IMG/VR virus record: IMGVR_UViG_3300031576_000054
Span: 1-54,873 of that record
DNA: 54,873 nucleotides
Source: a virus
Lineage: Duplodnaviria; Caudoviricetes
Strand: one strand, 5' to 3'
Shown here: positions 23,530-32,894 of the stretch, piece by piece
How the letters are laid out: every line of letters starts with the position of its first letter
Position numbering within the stretch: the first letter of the stretch is position 1
Program-made: the position numbers and the translations under genes
The notes under the pieces: generated by a model
Told to the model about the DNA's origin: nothing
Databases searched by the model: none
The model's input: only the letters and a program-made list of their open reading frames with translations

Positions 23530-25440
23530 CTAGTACATCTCCACCTGAACGTACACATCGGTCGTGCCGGTCGCAATAGCCGAGACCGCCTTGAGGCTGA
23601 TGTCGTCTCCCGGCTCGAGATCCACGGAGAGCGTCTGATTTTCGACGTACGTGTTTGCGTCCGAGAGCGAGACCGTGAGTACAGTATCGACACCGTTCTT
23701 CCGCAGCGTGAACACGTCCGTCTTGCCCGCACCCGGTGCTATCACCGCGCGGACGACGAGTCCCTTGATGACATACGGGCGGTTCACCTTGATCTTCGTT
23801 TCGGCCACGCTTGAAGTCCCAGTACCGGGCCGCATGAACCGCGTCACGCCTCCGAGCAAGGCCCCGTCGTCGCCCCAGAAGAAAACCGACGAGTTCTCGA
23901 CGGCCTTGAACGCGAGTCCGTTCGCCGCCTTGTTCACGAGAACGCACGAGCCGAGTTCGAGCGTCCCGGCGGTCTGCGAGAGGTCGGCGGTCGTTCCGTT
24001 GACTGCCCCGCTGTCCATCGAGAGCAGCGCGCCCGCTTGATTCACTTCGGCACCAATGGCCGTCCCGGTTGTCGCGGCCGTAATCGCGGACAGCATGTTC
24101 ACGTCACGCGTGTGGAAGTTCTGCACGTTCGTATCGACCAGAAGGGCGCGGACCTTCGCGGCCCCGACGCCACGGGCAATGAGAGTCGTTGCCCGAACCG
24201 CGCTCGTCTCCCGGCCGGGAAGCCCCGTGGATTGCGACCGAACCGCGAAAACGTTCTTCGCCACCGCACCAGGCGCGGCACTGGCGTCGGCCGTGACGAC
24301 GGTGCGCCGGAGTTTCGCGGTTGCAGAGGAGGTTCCGGTGTAGAGGATGGTCGTGATATTGACATCCGTGGTCGTCGTGAGTTTCGGGGTCACGTCCTCC
24401 AAGCGCGCCGACGCGGGGAACGTGATGAGAACGGTATCAACCGTGGCACCGAGCATCTGGATCGTCGTGTTGAAGCTCGACAGCCCCTTGAGCGTAACGC
24501 CCGACGGGATCGTGATTCCGGCCGCGAGGTTGTAGGTGTTAGGCAGGAGCAGGGTCGTGTCGCCGGCCAGCGCTGCCGCCAGCGCCGCCGGGATCGTCTT
24601 GAACGGCCTGGACAGCCGCTCGCGTTGGCCGGTTGCATCGTCGCCCCAGGCTCCGTCCACCCAAACGGTATTCCCGGTGATGAGGTCTGCCTCGCCGGTG
24701 ACCTGGGGGCGGAACTGGAAGGCGGTCTGCCCACGGGTCAGGATGACGTTCGTGAAGCACATCCCCAGGCCGCCGAAGCTGCCGTCGATCTCCAGCCGAA
24801 CCCGGACGCTCGTCGTCGTCGGCTGCGTCTCGAACCGAAGCGCGTCGGCATGCAGGCCCGGCGCCCGGTCCCACAGGTTGGCCGGGATGAAGTCGGAATT
24901 GAGCGACAGGACGTGGGTGGTGGCCGCGCCGTCGTTCTCGATGACGCGGACCTGCGCGAAGAGGACGGACCCCGGATTCGACTTGAACCAGAACGCGAGC
25001 GTGTGCATCATCTCTCCGCACACCGCCACGTCCTGGTAGATCCCAGCCGGGTTGTTCGGGAAGAAGCACTGGAGGCAGACCGCACAGTGCGCACAATCGG
25101 GGAGACCGACAGTGTCCTTGGTCAGGGTTGGAATCGAGAAGACGGTCCAGTCCCGTGGCGCGGCCGGCGGCACGAAATCGCAAAAGTCCGAGTTCTTGAG
25201 CAGGTTCTCGCCGGTCTCGGCCAGGAGGCCGGTGTTCAGCCGCCCGAGCGAATCGGCCGTCCTGCGGAAGGTGCTCTTGAGCCGCTCGCCCGCGTTCGTC
25301 ACTTTGGCCTTGAGCGTCTCTAAGCCCTGACGGATCCTCTCCTGCTCCTTCAACCCCAGCGTCCCGCGGAGTTCGAGCAACCGGTCGATCTCGGTCATCC
25401 CTAGGTCGATGGTCGCCAAGTCGTCGTCGGAAGGCGTCAT
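23530..25440 (-). CDS. Tailspike/fibre: coiled coil, carbohydrate-binding jelly-roll and beta-helix
   Basis: NLLKNSDF CBM-type start; WVDG.WGDD.TG...PFKTI.AA...A.AGDT.LL.P.TY pectin-lyase-type cap. Confidence 0.8.
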   Translation of the reverse strand: MTPSDDDLATIDLGMTEIDRLLELRGTLGLKEQERIRQGLETLKAKVTNAGERLKSTFRRTADSLGRLNTGLLAETGENLLKNSDFCDFVPPAAPRDWTVFSIPTLTKDTVGLPDCAHCAVCLQCFFPNNPAGIYQDVAVCGEMMHTLAFWFKSNPGSVLFAQVRVIENDGAATTHVLSLNSDFIPANLWDRAPGLHADALRFETQPTTTSVRVRLEIDGSFGGLGMCFTNVILTRGQTAFQFRPQVTGEADLITGNTVWVDGAWGDDATGQRERLSRPFKTIPAALAAALAGDTTLLLPNTYNLAAGITIPSGVTLKGLSSFNTTIQMLGATVDTVLITFPASARLEDVTPKLTTTTDVNITTILYTGTSSATAKLRRTVVTADASAAPGAVAKNVFAVRSQSTGLPGRETSAVRATTLIARGVGAAKVRALLVDTNVQNFHTRDVNMLSAITAATTGTAIGAEVNQAGALLSMDSGAVNGTTADLSQTAGTLELGSCVLVNKAANGLAFKAVENSSVFFWGDDGALLGGVTRFMRPGTGTSSVAETKIKVNRPYVIKGLVVRAVIAPGAGKTDVFTLRKNGVDTVLTVSLSDANTYVENQTLSVDLEPGDDISLKAVSAIATGTTDVYVQVEMY

Positions 25441-28400
25441 CTGGCTTGGGCCTCCTCGCGAGCACGCAGCGCCCGGCCGCGTAGCATCTGGATCTTTTCC
25501 TTCGGGATCCGTTCCATCGCCATCGCGCGCGCCATCTCCGGGTTCTCGGCCGCGATCTCGCGGACCGCCTGCCTGCGTAGCGCCATCATTATCTTGCGGA
25601 ACACGAATTTCCGCTCCGGGAGCGACAGCGCGCGGTACTTCTCGCGCCCAATCACGCCCGGCATGACGCGCTCGGCCAACTCCCCGGTCCGTTGGGTCAC
25701 GGCCAAGTCAACGTCCGCGACCCCCACCCTACCGCGGAACTCCTGCTCGGTCAAACCCAAACTCGCGGCCTCGCTTTCGACCGGGTGGATGGTCTCGATC
25801 GCGGCCGCTGGCGGGACGAGCCCTCTGGTAAGCGGCCGCTCGATGGTCCTTGGCTCGGCGCGGAAGGGGCTCGGGAGCGCGGGCAGCGCACGCGCCACGC
25901 CCGGCACGTTGACCATCGCAGGCCCAACCACGCGCCCGGCCCACTCGGGCAGCGCCTCCGGCCCCGTCCGCGCGGCCCTGACCACCGCCTCCTCCTCGAC
26001 CCCGGCACCCGCCAAGAGGAGCCGGATCTGGTTGAAGGGAACCGTGAAGCGCGCGAGGTACTGGCCGATGAACGACGCGACGTAGTCGGCCGCCGTGTCG
26101 GGATTGATGTCGGGCCGCAACATCTCGATCAGGACCAGCGACGTCCCGGCGATCCGGTTGATCGGGAGGACTCCCTGGATCGCGTCGGCCCAACTTATGT
26201 TCCACTCCTGCCGCACCGCGTCCTGGAGTTCGGCCCCATTGGCCCAATGTTTCCCGCTCTTGATCGCGATCCGCAGGAGTTCGGCGAAGAAGAGGTACTG
26301 GGCGAACGGGGCGAATGGTCTCATGTCGATCTGCTTGTCGCCGACCTTGATCTTGTACCACTTGTCGCCGCCCATGTACTCGCGGAGCGCGTACGCACCA
26401 GCGAGGAGGACCGTCCCCGTAAGCGCCTTCGATGTGATCTCGGCGAACCTAGCCTTAGCCTCCGGCGTCGCCTTCCCCACCAGCGCGGCCGCGGGCAAAT
26501 CCCTCCACGACCTCTTGGCCCCCGGCCAGAACAGCGCCAACGCGCCCAGCGGGTTGTGCTCGAGGAGTTTCTGGTATGTCCAGGCGAAGAACCGCGGGAA
26601 CGCATAGATCGTGTCGAGCATCGGAACCGCGCGGTACATCCCGGCGATCACGTTGCCGAGCCTATCGCCTTTCTTGACCAGCGCGGCCGACACGTCCAGC
26701 CCGGCCTCGACTGCCTCGCTGATGTAGGACTCCGGGATGATGGAAGGCGTCCGGTAGGCCTCGCGCACGGCCCCTTGGCCCGTGACCCTCGTGCCCGCCA
26801 CATCAACCCCGCGCTCCGCGATGATCGACCGCAGCATCGCGTCAGCCCCGAAGTTGCGGCTCCAATTCTCTTGCAACCGCGCCGGCGTCGTCACGAGGTT
26901 CATGAACTTCTCGCCCAGGGTTGCGGCGGCCGCAACCGCGCCCGTCCGGCCCGGGTCGCCTACGCCGAGTTGTGCGGCCAAGTAGGGGAAGGTCCTCATC
27001 ACGCGGTCGAACTGCGCGCGTCGGTCGGCCTTCGCGACGTGGCCGATCATCGCGCTCACCATTTCGAGCGCCACGCGATTGCCCTCCGGGCGCCCGCCGA
27101 GCCTTCCTTCGATCGCCCGGTCGAGCGCGATCCAGAGCGCGTTGGCGACCCCGGCCTCCGCGTTGCGGATTTGGGTCGGAACGCCGGCGATCATGAGTCG
27201 GATCGACGCCCGCGAGATCGGGACGTACCCCGGCCACCAGGACCAAGGCTGGATCCGTGCGCCGCCGTACTTGACGTGCTGCCACCAAGTCAACTCAACC
27301 TCGCCGAGTTCCTGGAGAACCCGAAGGGCGTCGCGGTTCGACACGAAGAGGTCGGTGTACTGTCCCGCGTCGAGCTCGCCGAACGCCCGGCCCGAGCCGG
27401 ACCAGTGGCGGCGGACCGGTCCGGGTTGGGTGCCCGAGACCGTCACGCGCGCCGGCTCCTGCGGGAGCGACTCGACCCTCCGGCGCGCACCCCGTTCGTC
27501 CACGACGGCTTCGAGAAGCGTCCGGCCTTCGGCATCCTCTGCCACGATCCGGACCGGTCCGCGCTTCAACACCTCGCGGTTGAGCCAGCGACGGACCTGC
27601 GACAGAACGTTCAAGGTCTGGCCCGCCAGCGTCGCCGACCACTTGAGCGCCCCGCCGGCGGTCAGGGCGTACTTCTGCTTGAGCCAGGTCATGTACTGGT
27701 GGGCGAAGTCCGGCATCGTGGTACCGAACATCTCGATCACCGCCGGTAGGCTCTCGACCGGGACGGTCCCGTCGTCCATCAACTCGGCCATCTGGCGGTT
27801 GATCCGCTCCTTACCGCGCGCCGCCTCGGTGCCGGCGAGCAGGTCCGCGGCCTCCTCGGCCGAACGCGCCATGAAAGCGTCGCGTACATCCTTCACCCGC
27901 TCAACCTTGAGCGTCTTGGTCCAGACGCCGGGAGCGGGCTCGCCAGGAGGGCCTGCGGGCGACGGCGTGGGCGGACCAGCCGGAGGCGCCGGGGGCTTCG
28001 CGGGCGGCGGCGTGGGCGGCGGGACTGCCCCAGCCGGGGGGCGCACGGGCGGGGCCGGAGCAGGTTCCGCGGCCGGTGGCCGAAGCACCGGCGGTGCGGC
28101 GGGCGGAGCTGCCTCCGGAGGCCGCGGGGCGCGCGCTTCGGTCAGCGGGACGAAATCGTCGGTCAACGGCCCCGCTTCCGTCAGGTCGGCGTAGAGCTTC
28201 GACATGTCCTCCGGCTTGGCTTCCTCGGGAACCGGCGGGGTCGGTGCGGCCTTCGGCTTGGCTTTCCGGAGCGTCCCGCCCTGGACGACCACAACCTGAC
28301 CTGGCCCCAGGTCCGCGCCGGTGCCGTCCGGTCCGACGACCCGAATGAACCCAGGCGCGATCCCCTTCTCGGCGCGCCACTTCTCTTCGCCGATCATCCA

Positions 28401-31400
28401 GGTGTCGCCCGGCGACAGCTTCTCGGACTCCAGGTTGATCCACTCGGGCTCCTCGGCCGCCGCTCGAATTGCTTCGGCAGCGGTCACTGGGGGCCTCTCC
28501 GGCGGAACCCTCGGTGCCTTCTCACCGAACGCCGCGGCTTGGCTCTGCGTGGCCGGCGGGGGCGGAGTGCCTTCCGGCGGTTCCGCTCCAGGAGGACCCG
28601 GGGCGGCGGGCGGCGCCGGTGGCCTCGGCGGCTTGATCGGAGGCGCTCCAGCGACCGGCGGGGCAGGCGCTTCCGGCGGTCTGGCTGGTGCGGGTACCGC
28701 TGGGACTTCTGGCGGTCTGGGTTCCGGTACCAGCGCTGCTGCTCGGATCGCCTCCGCTGCGGTGCGGGGGGGCGGGCGCGCGGCCTCCGGGGCTGTCGGC
28801 GGGCGGCCTGCCTCGGCCGGGACGCGCTCGCCCGGTTTCAACTTGGCGGCGATTTCCAACGCCTCCTCGATGTCCTTCCCCATCGCTTCAAGGATCTCTT
28901 CGGGCACGTCCAACACGGAGACGTCGCCCGACACGACCGCCTTGAGCGTCTTCATCTTCGTGCCGAGGATCGAGGCGTTGACCCTGTCGATGTTCGTGTC
29001 GCCGAACAGCCAGTAGATTCTGGGGTTCGATTTCGTGGTGAGACGCCAGATGCGCCCGGCTGCCTGGACCGCCGGAACAGCCGAAAACGGGGCGGTCACG
29101 ACGATCATGGTCCGCGGCGCGTTGCCCACGCGGTCGTCCAGGTTGATCCCGGTCCCGCCGGATTCAATGGTGGCGATCAGCACCTTGGCACGCCCGCTCT
29201 GGAACCGCTCCATCGCCTCGCCTCCGGTCATGTCGGCGCCGCCGTGCATCTCGGCGATGTCGCGCACACCGCGTTCCTCGAGTGCGGCCTTGAGCGAAGC
29301 CGCCGTGCCCTCGCTGGCGTGGATGATCTCCCGGAAGCGTTCTCCACCTGGTCCCCTGCGCCAGACCCCAACCTCGCTCATGTTGACGCGTTGGATGAAC
29401 AGCACGACCTGGCGACCCTCGCCCAGTTCGGCCTCCGCGATCCGCACGGACTCGGCGATCTTGTAGGGCTCCTGCTGTAGCCTCTGGTGGATCCGCACCA
29501 TCCGCTTCGGCAGACCAGCCTGCTCGATCAGCGCCATCGTCCGGTGCGCCTCGGCCGGCAACGGGATCGTCCGGAACCGCACGTCGACCCCGTCCATGCC
29601 GATCTCGCGCTTGATCGTCTGGCCCGCGGCGGTCAGCCGCTCGAACACCCCGCTGAGCCGACGGTACGCCTCCTCGGCGCCGATGTGAGGCGCGATCACC
29701 CAGCGCTGCTGCGTGCTGCCGGGGATCCGCTGAAGCCGCAGGCCCATTTTCCGGTACGCTTCCTGGGCCGACATGCCTTCCAAGATCCCGGTGCGCGCCA
29801 GGTACTCGATGTGGTAGGGCTTGTCATACGGCGTCGCGCTGGCGAAGAGGACGGACTTAGCCCTTTCGACCGCACCCATAATGACCGCGCCCTGGCGGGT
29901 GGCGTCGAGGTTCTTGGCGGCGTGCGATTCGTCCAGGATCAGGACGGTCTCGGGCGTGATCGCCTGCGCAACCTGATGGATCTGGCTGTAGTTCGTGACG
30001 TGGATTCGGCCGGGCGTGAGGACCGGGTCCCGCGGACGATTCGGGCCGAGCCAACTCGTGATCTCAACGCCCATCGCGGCGGCGTCGTCGCGGAAGGATC
30101 CGCGAATCACGCCGTCTGGTGCCTTGAGGACCTCGGCCTTCGTGACGATCAGGACGGGCGCGCCGCGGTCTGCGTACGTCTGCGCGACCGCGAGCTCCTG
30201 GCGCGTTTTTCCAACGCCGGTTCCGTCAGAAAGAAGGAATCCGCCGTCGGGCTTGGGGCGATCCATGGCGGCTAACGCCTTGGCAACGCCCTGTTGCTGC
30301 GCGTCGGTCAGGTGTTGAGAAACGCGCGGAGCAATCCCAGAGGCATCGACTCGAGCGGTAAGGTTCGGTCGGACCGTGAGGACGGTTCCAATCCCTGCCG
30401 GACCAGGAAGGCGTCCAGCGCCTCGGCCGCCAACTCCTCCTGCGACATCGCGAACTCCGGCAACTCCGGGTTCTGCGGAGGGTTCGGCTCCAGCGGGGAC
30501 GGTTCGGGCGGGTTGTCGTTTCGCATCGGCGACCTCCTTGACGGTGGGGCCCTCCGCTGCCCGCAGTGTAACCGGTTCGGGCTCCGGTTTCAAGGGCGGT
30601 GCTTCGGCGGCAGCGCGAATCGCCTCGGCTGCGGTCTTTGGCCGTCGGACCGTCACCGGCTTCCAGTCCGCCTCAGCGATTCCACGCAGTACGTCGAGCA
30701 TCTCGTCAACATCGCCGGTCGGCGTGAGCGACGGCCGTTCCATGCCGCCCGCCCCCCTCGGCGGTCCGAGGCGGGCGGCCGCCTCGTCGATCACGACGCC
30801 GTCGATCGACCTCATGAAGTGTGGAACCGACATGAATTCCTCAAGGCCACGGATCGCCCGCACCTTCCCGGCCTCGTCCCTGATGACGAAGTTGAGCAGC
30901 TTGTTGCCTGGAGCGTCCACGAAGTAGGCCGCAAGCCCCTTCGCGATGGTGCTGACATCGCCTCCTTTCGTCCGGATCAGGCGGTTCGCTGCGATGACTT
31001 GTCCCGGTGTCAGACCCGGCCGCACCCCCTCGGGGCGGATGCGGTTCGTCTCCAGGAGCCGCAGGACCAATTCGGCATGCTCTTGTCGTCCGACAGCCGC
31101 CTCTTCCTCGAACGGAGCCCGCTCCCGCGCGTCGTCCAGCGAGAGCTCACCCGACGGTCTCCGGCTGCCCTCATCCATCGGGATCTGGTCGCCCGATTGG
31201 ACCAACCGATCGGTCTCCGGCCCGACGATCCGCAGCTTCGCGGGGTTCTTCGTCGGCTCGACCTCGTACTTCTGACCGCTGATCGTGAACTCGTCGCCGG
31301 GCGCAAGGTCGCCGCCGCGGACGTTGACAAACCGCAGGGCAGGCGGCAGCTCCGGCTCTCTCGGAGGTGTCGGTACGGGCGGTTCCGGGATCCGTTCGGT

Positions 31401-32894
31401 CGGTGGCGGGACCGTTTCGCGTGGCGGGGTAGGCTCGAACATCTTCGTCCGCGCGGCTTCGGCAAGTCGTTTCCCCTGTTCCCAGAATTCCCTATCCGCA
31501 ATCCGCTCTTGGGTGGGTGCCTCTTTTACTTGTTCGAGGAGTGTCTTAGGAATCTCTTTTGACCATCTGACAACGGGATGGCCAGCCTGCTGCCAGAACG
31601 TAAACCGCCCCCATGCTGGTGCTTCGACCCGATACTGACCAGGAGCCCACTCCCGGACAAACGGATCTCCACGTTCCGCAGCATCTCGCAGCCATTCCAG
31701 GGCTTTGCTGAAAATAGTGCGATGGTCCGGTCTGGAGCCGATCAAGGTCTCTTGATCACCAACGATATCAGCGAGATCGGACAGGGGCTTCGGCATCTTG
31801 GGGCCGATTACTTCGATGGTCGGGGCGGGCGCAAAGCCGGGCAGCCCGCCGGGCCTCTCCGCCCCGGCGGGAGCAGGGCGAGGAGGCACCTCCGCTCCCA
31901 CCGGGGGCCGCTCGGGGACAGGGGCCGCAACGGGAGCTTCCGGCACCGCAGGTCGCTCGGGCAGTTCGATGCCCCCCCGTTCCCCCGCGGCGACCGCGGG
32001 CGGACCCGCGCGTCGAAACCCGGGACGGCGGGCCTCTGCCATCGTGGTCATCGCGTCGGCGGCCACGCGGCCGACCGTTTGGATTCCGCCCTTGACTCCG
32101 TCGGCGAGGCGATTCAGCCGGTCGAGCGAGGTCTGGTAGCGCGCGATCTGGCCTTCGATCTTGGCCGCCTGCGCGACGTTCCCGAGTCCACGCGCCTTCG
32201 TCGCCGTTTCGCTAAGCGTCCTGACGATCTTCGACAGGTCGCCGCGCGCGCCCAAAGCAAGCGTGGGATCGGTGAACGTGCTCCAGAGCCCGACCCCGAT
32301 CCCTTCCGCGAGCGCGTCCAGCTCCTCCTCGGGAGTCTCCGGCTGGAATTTCCGCAATCCCTCCTTGATCGCGTCACGGAACCCTAGTTCCTTGACGACG
32401 TGCCTGGCCACGTCCTCGCTGGGCATGTGGGGTACGGCGGCCGGATCAAGCGTTCGTTGGACGAGCCCCAGCCCCTCCTTGCCGAGTTTGCGCCAGAACT
32501 GCGTTTCCTGGCCCTGCAGCGCCTTGCCGATCTCGCCCCCCACGATCGACAGCGCACCCTGGGCGGCGGCGAAGGGTGTTCCGAAGCCGACCATCGCTTG
32601 GCCCAGAACACCGCGGGCACCCGGACGCGCGTATGGGCGCGTCACGGCCTCGAACGTCGGGGCTCTCTCAAAAAGTGCCGCCGTCGTGATCGGGAGTTCC
32701 GGGCCCTTCGGACCGAGGAGACGGCGAAACCACTGGAGCGTCGGGTGGCGTCTCTCGAGGGCTTCGGCTGTGATCTCCTGCGTGCCAGCTGGCAGGCCTC
32801 GCCACTCCATTTCGCCACCGACCGGCGGAGTGGTCGGGGCCAAGGGCGCGGCCCCCTGCTGCTGGAGGCGGAACGCCCGCAGGAACCGGCTCAT
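25437..32894 (-). CDS. Giant ejection/internal virion polyvalent protein with Strawberry-notch-type SF2 helicase (2485 aa)
   Basis: GFLLSDGTGVGKTRQ, LILDESH.AKN, FASATP, SGGTGINLDD, QAAGRIWR; last of the ejection-protein series. Confidence 0.85.
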   Translation of the reverse strand: MSRFLRAFRLQQQGAAPLAPTTPPVGGEMEWRGLPAGTQEITAEALERRHPTLQWFRRLLGPKGPELPITTAALFERAPTFEAVTRPYARPGARGVLGQAMVGFGTPFAAAQGALSIVGGEIGKALQGQETQFWRKLGKEGLGLVQRTLDPAAVPHMPSEDVARHVVKELGFRDAIKEGLRKFQPETPEEELDALAEGIGVGLWSTFTDPTLALGARGDLSKIVRTLSETATKARGLGNVAQAAKIEGQIARYQTSLDRLNRLADGVKGGIQTVGRVAADAMTTMAEARRPGFRRAGPPAVAAGERGGIELPERPAVPEAPVAAPVPERPPVGAEVPPRPAPAGAERPGGLPGFAPAPTIEVIGPKMPKPLSDLADIVGDQETLIGSRPDHRTIFSKALEWLRDAAERGDPFVREWAPGQYRVEAPAWGRFTFWQQAGHPVVRWSKEIPKTLLEQVKEAPTQERIADREFWEQGKRLAEAARTKMFEPTPPRETVPPPTERIPEPPVPTPPREPELPPALRFVNVRGGDLAPGDEFTISGQKYEVEPTKNPAKLRIVGPETDRLVQSGDQIPMDEGSRRPSGELSLDDARERAPFEEEAAVGRQEHAELVLRLLETNRIRPEGVRPGLTPGQVIAANRLIRTKGGDVSTIAKGLAAYFVDAPGNKLLNFVIRDEAGKVRAIRGLEEFMSVPHFMRSIDGVVIDEAAARLGPPRGAGGMERPSLTPTGDVDEMLDVLRGIAEADWKPVTVRRPKTAAEAIRAAAEAPPLKPEPEPVTLRAAEGPTVKEVADAKRQPARTVPAGAEPSAEPGVAGVRDVAGGVGGRGAGRLPGPAGIGTVLTVRPNLTARVDASGIAPRVSQHLTDAQQQGVAKALAAMDRPKPDGGFLLSDGTGVGKTRQELAVAQTYADRGAPVLIVTKAEVLKAPDGVIRGSFRDDAAAMGVEITSWLGPNRPRDPVLTPGRIHVTNYSQIHQVAQAITPETVLILDESHAAKNLDATRQGAVIMGAVERAKSVLFASATPYDKPYHIEYLARTGILEGMSAQEAYRKMGLRLQRIPGSTQQRWVIAPHIGAEEAYRRLSGVFERLTAAGQTIKREIGMDGVDVRFRTIPLPAEAHRTMALIEQAGLPKRMVRIHQRLQQEPYKIAESVRIAEAELGEGRQVVLFIQRVNMSEVGVWRRGPGGERFREIIHASEGTAASLKAALEERGVRDIAEMHGGADMTGGEAMERFQSGRAKVLIATIESGGTGINLDDRVGNAPRTMIVVTAPFSAVPAVQAAGRIWRLTTKSNPRIYWLFGDTNIDRVNASILGTKMKTLKAVVSGDVSVLDVPEEILEAMGKDIEEALEIAAKLKPGERVPAEAGRPPTAPEAARPPPRTAAEAIRAAALVPEPRPPEVPAVPAPARPPEAPAPPVAGAPPIKPPRPPAPPAAPGPPGAEPPEGTPPPPATQSQAAAFGEKAPRVPPERPPVTAAEAIRAAAEEPEWINLESEKLSPGDTWMIGEEKWRAEKGIAPGFIRVVGPDGTGADLGPGQVVVVQGGTLRKAKPKAAPTPPVPEEAKPEDMSKLYADLTEAGPLTDDFVPLTEARAPRPPEAAPPAAPPVLRPPAAEPAPAPPVRPPAGAVPPPTPPPAKPPAPPAGPPTPSPAGPPGEPAPGVWTKTLKVERVKDVRDAFMARSAEEAADLLAGTEAARGKERINRQMAELMDDGTVPVESLPAVIEMFGTTMPDFAHQYMTWLKQKYALTAGGALKWSATLAGQTLNVLSQVRRWLNREVLKRGPVRIVAEDAEGRTLLEAVVDERGARRRVESLPQEPARVTVSGTQPGPVRRHWSGSGRAFGELDAGQYTDLFVSNRDALRVLQELGEVELTWWQHVKYGGARIQPWSWWPGYVPISRASIRLMIAGVPTQIRNAEAGVANALWIALDRAIEGRLGGRPEGNRVALEMVSAMIGHVAKADRRAQFDRVMRTFPYLAAQLGVGDPGRTGAVAAAATLGEKFMNLVTTPARLQENWSRNFGADAMLRSIIAERGVDVAGTRVTGQGAVREAYRTPSIIPESYISEAVEAGLDVSAALVKKGDRLGNVIAGMYRAVPMLDTIYAFPRFFAWTYQKLLEHNPLGALALFWPGAKRSWRDLPAAALVGKATPEAKARFAEITSKALTGTVLLAGAYALREYMGGDKWYKIKVGDKQIDMRPFAPFAQYLFFAELLRIAIKSGKHWANGAELQDAVRQEWNISWADAIQGVLPINRIAGTSLVLIEMLRPDINPDTAADYVASFIGQYLARFTVPFNQIRLLLAGAGVEEEAVVRAARTGPEALPEWAGRVVGPAMVNVPGVARALPALPSPFRAEPRTIERPLTRGLVPPAAAIETIHPVESEAASLGLTEQEFRGRVGVADVDLAVTQRTGELAERVMPGVIGREKYRALSLPERKFVFRKIMMALRRQAVREIAAENPEMARAMAMERIPKEKIQMLRGRALRAREEAQAR

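Noticed and set aside
22389-25440. Diversity-generating retroelement targeting tail genes
   Set aside because: No reverse transcriptase and no TR/VR pair differing at adenines was seen.
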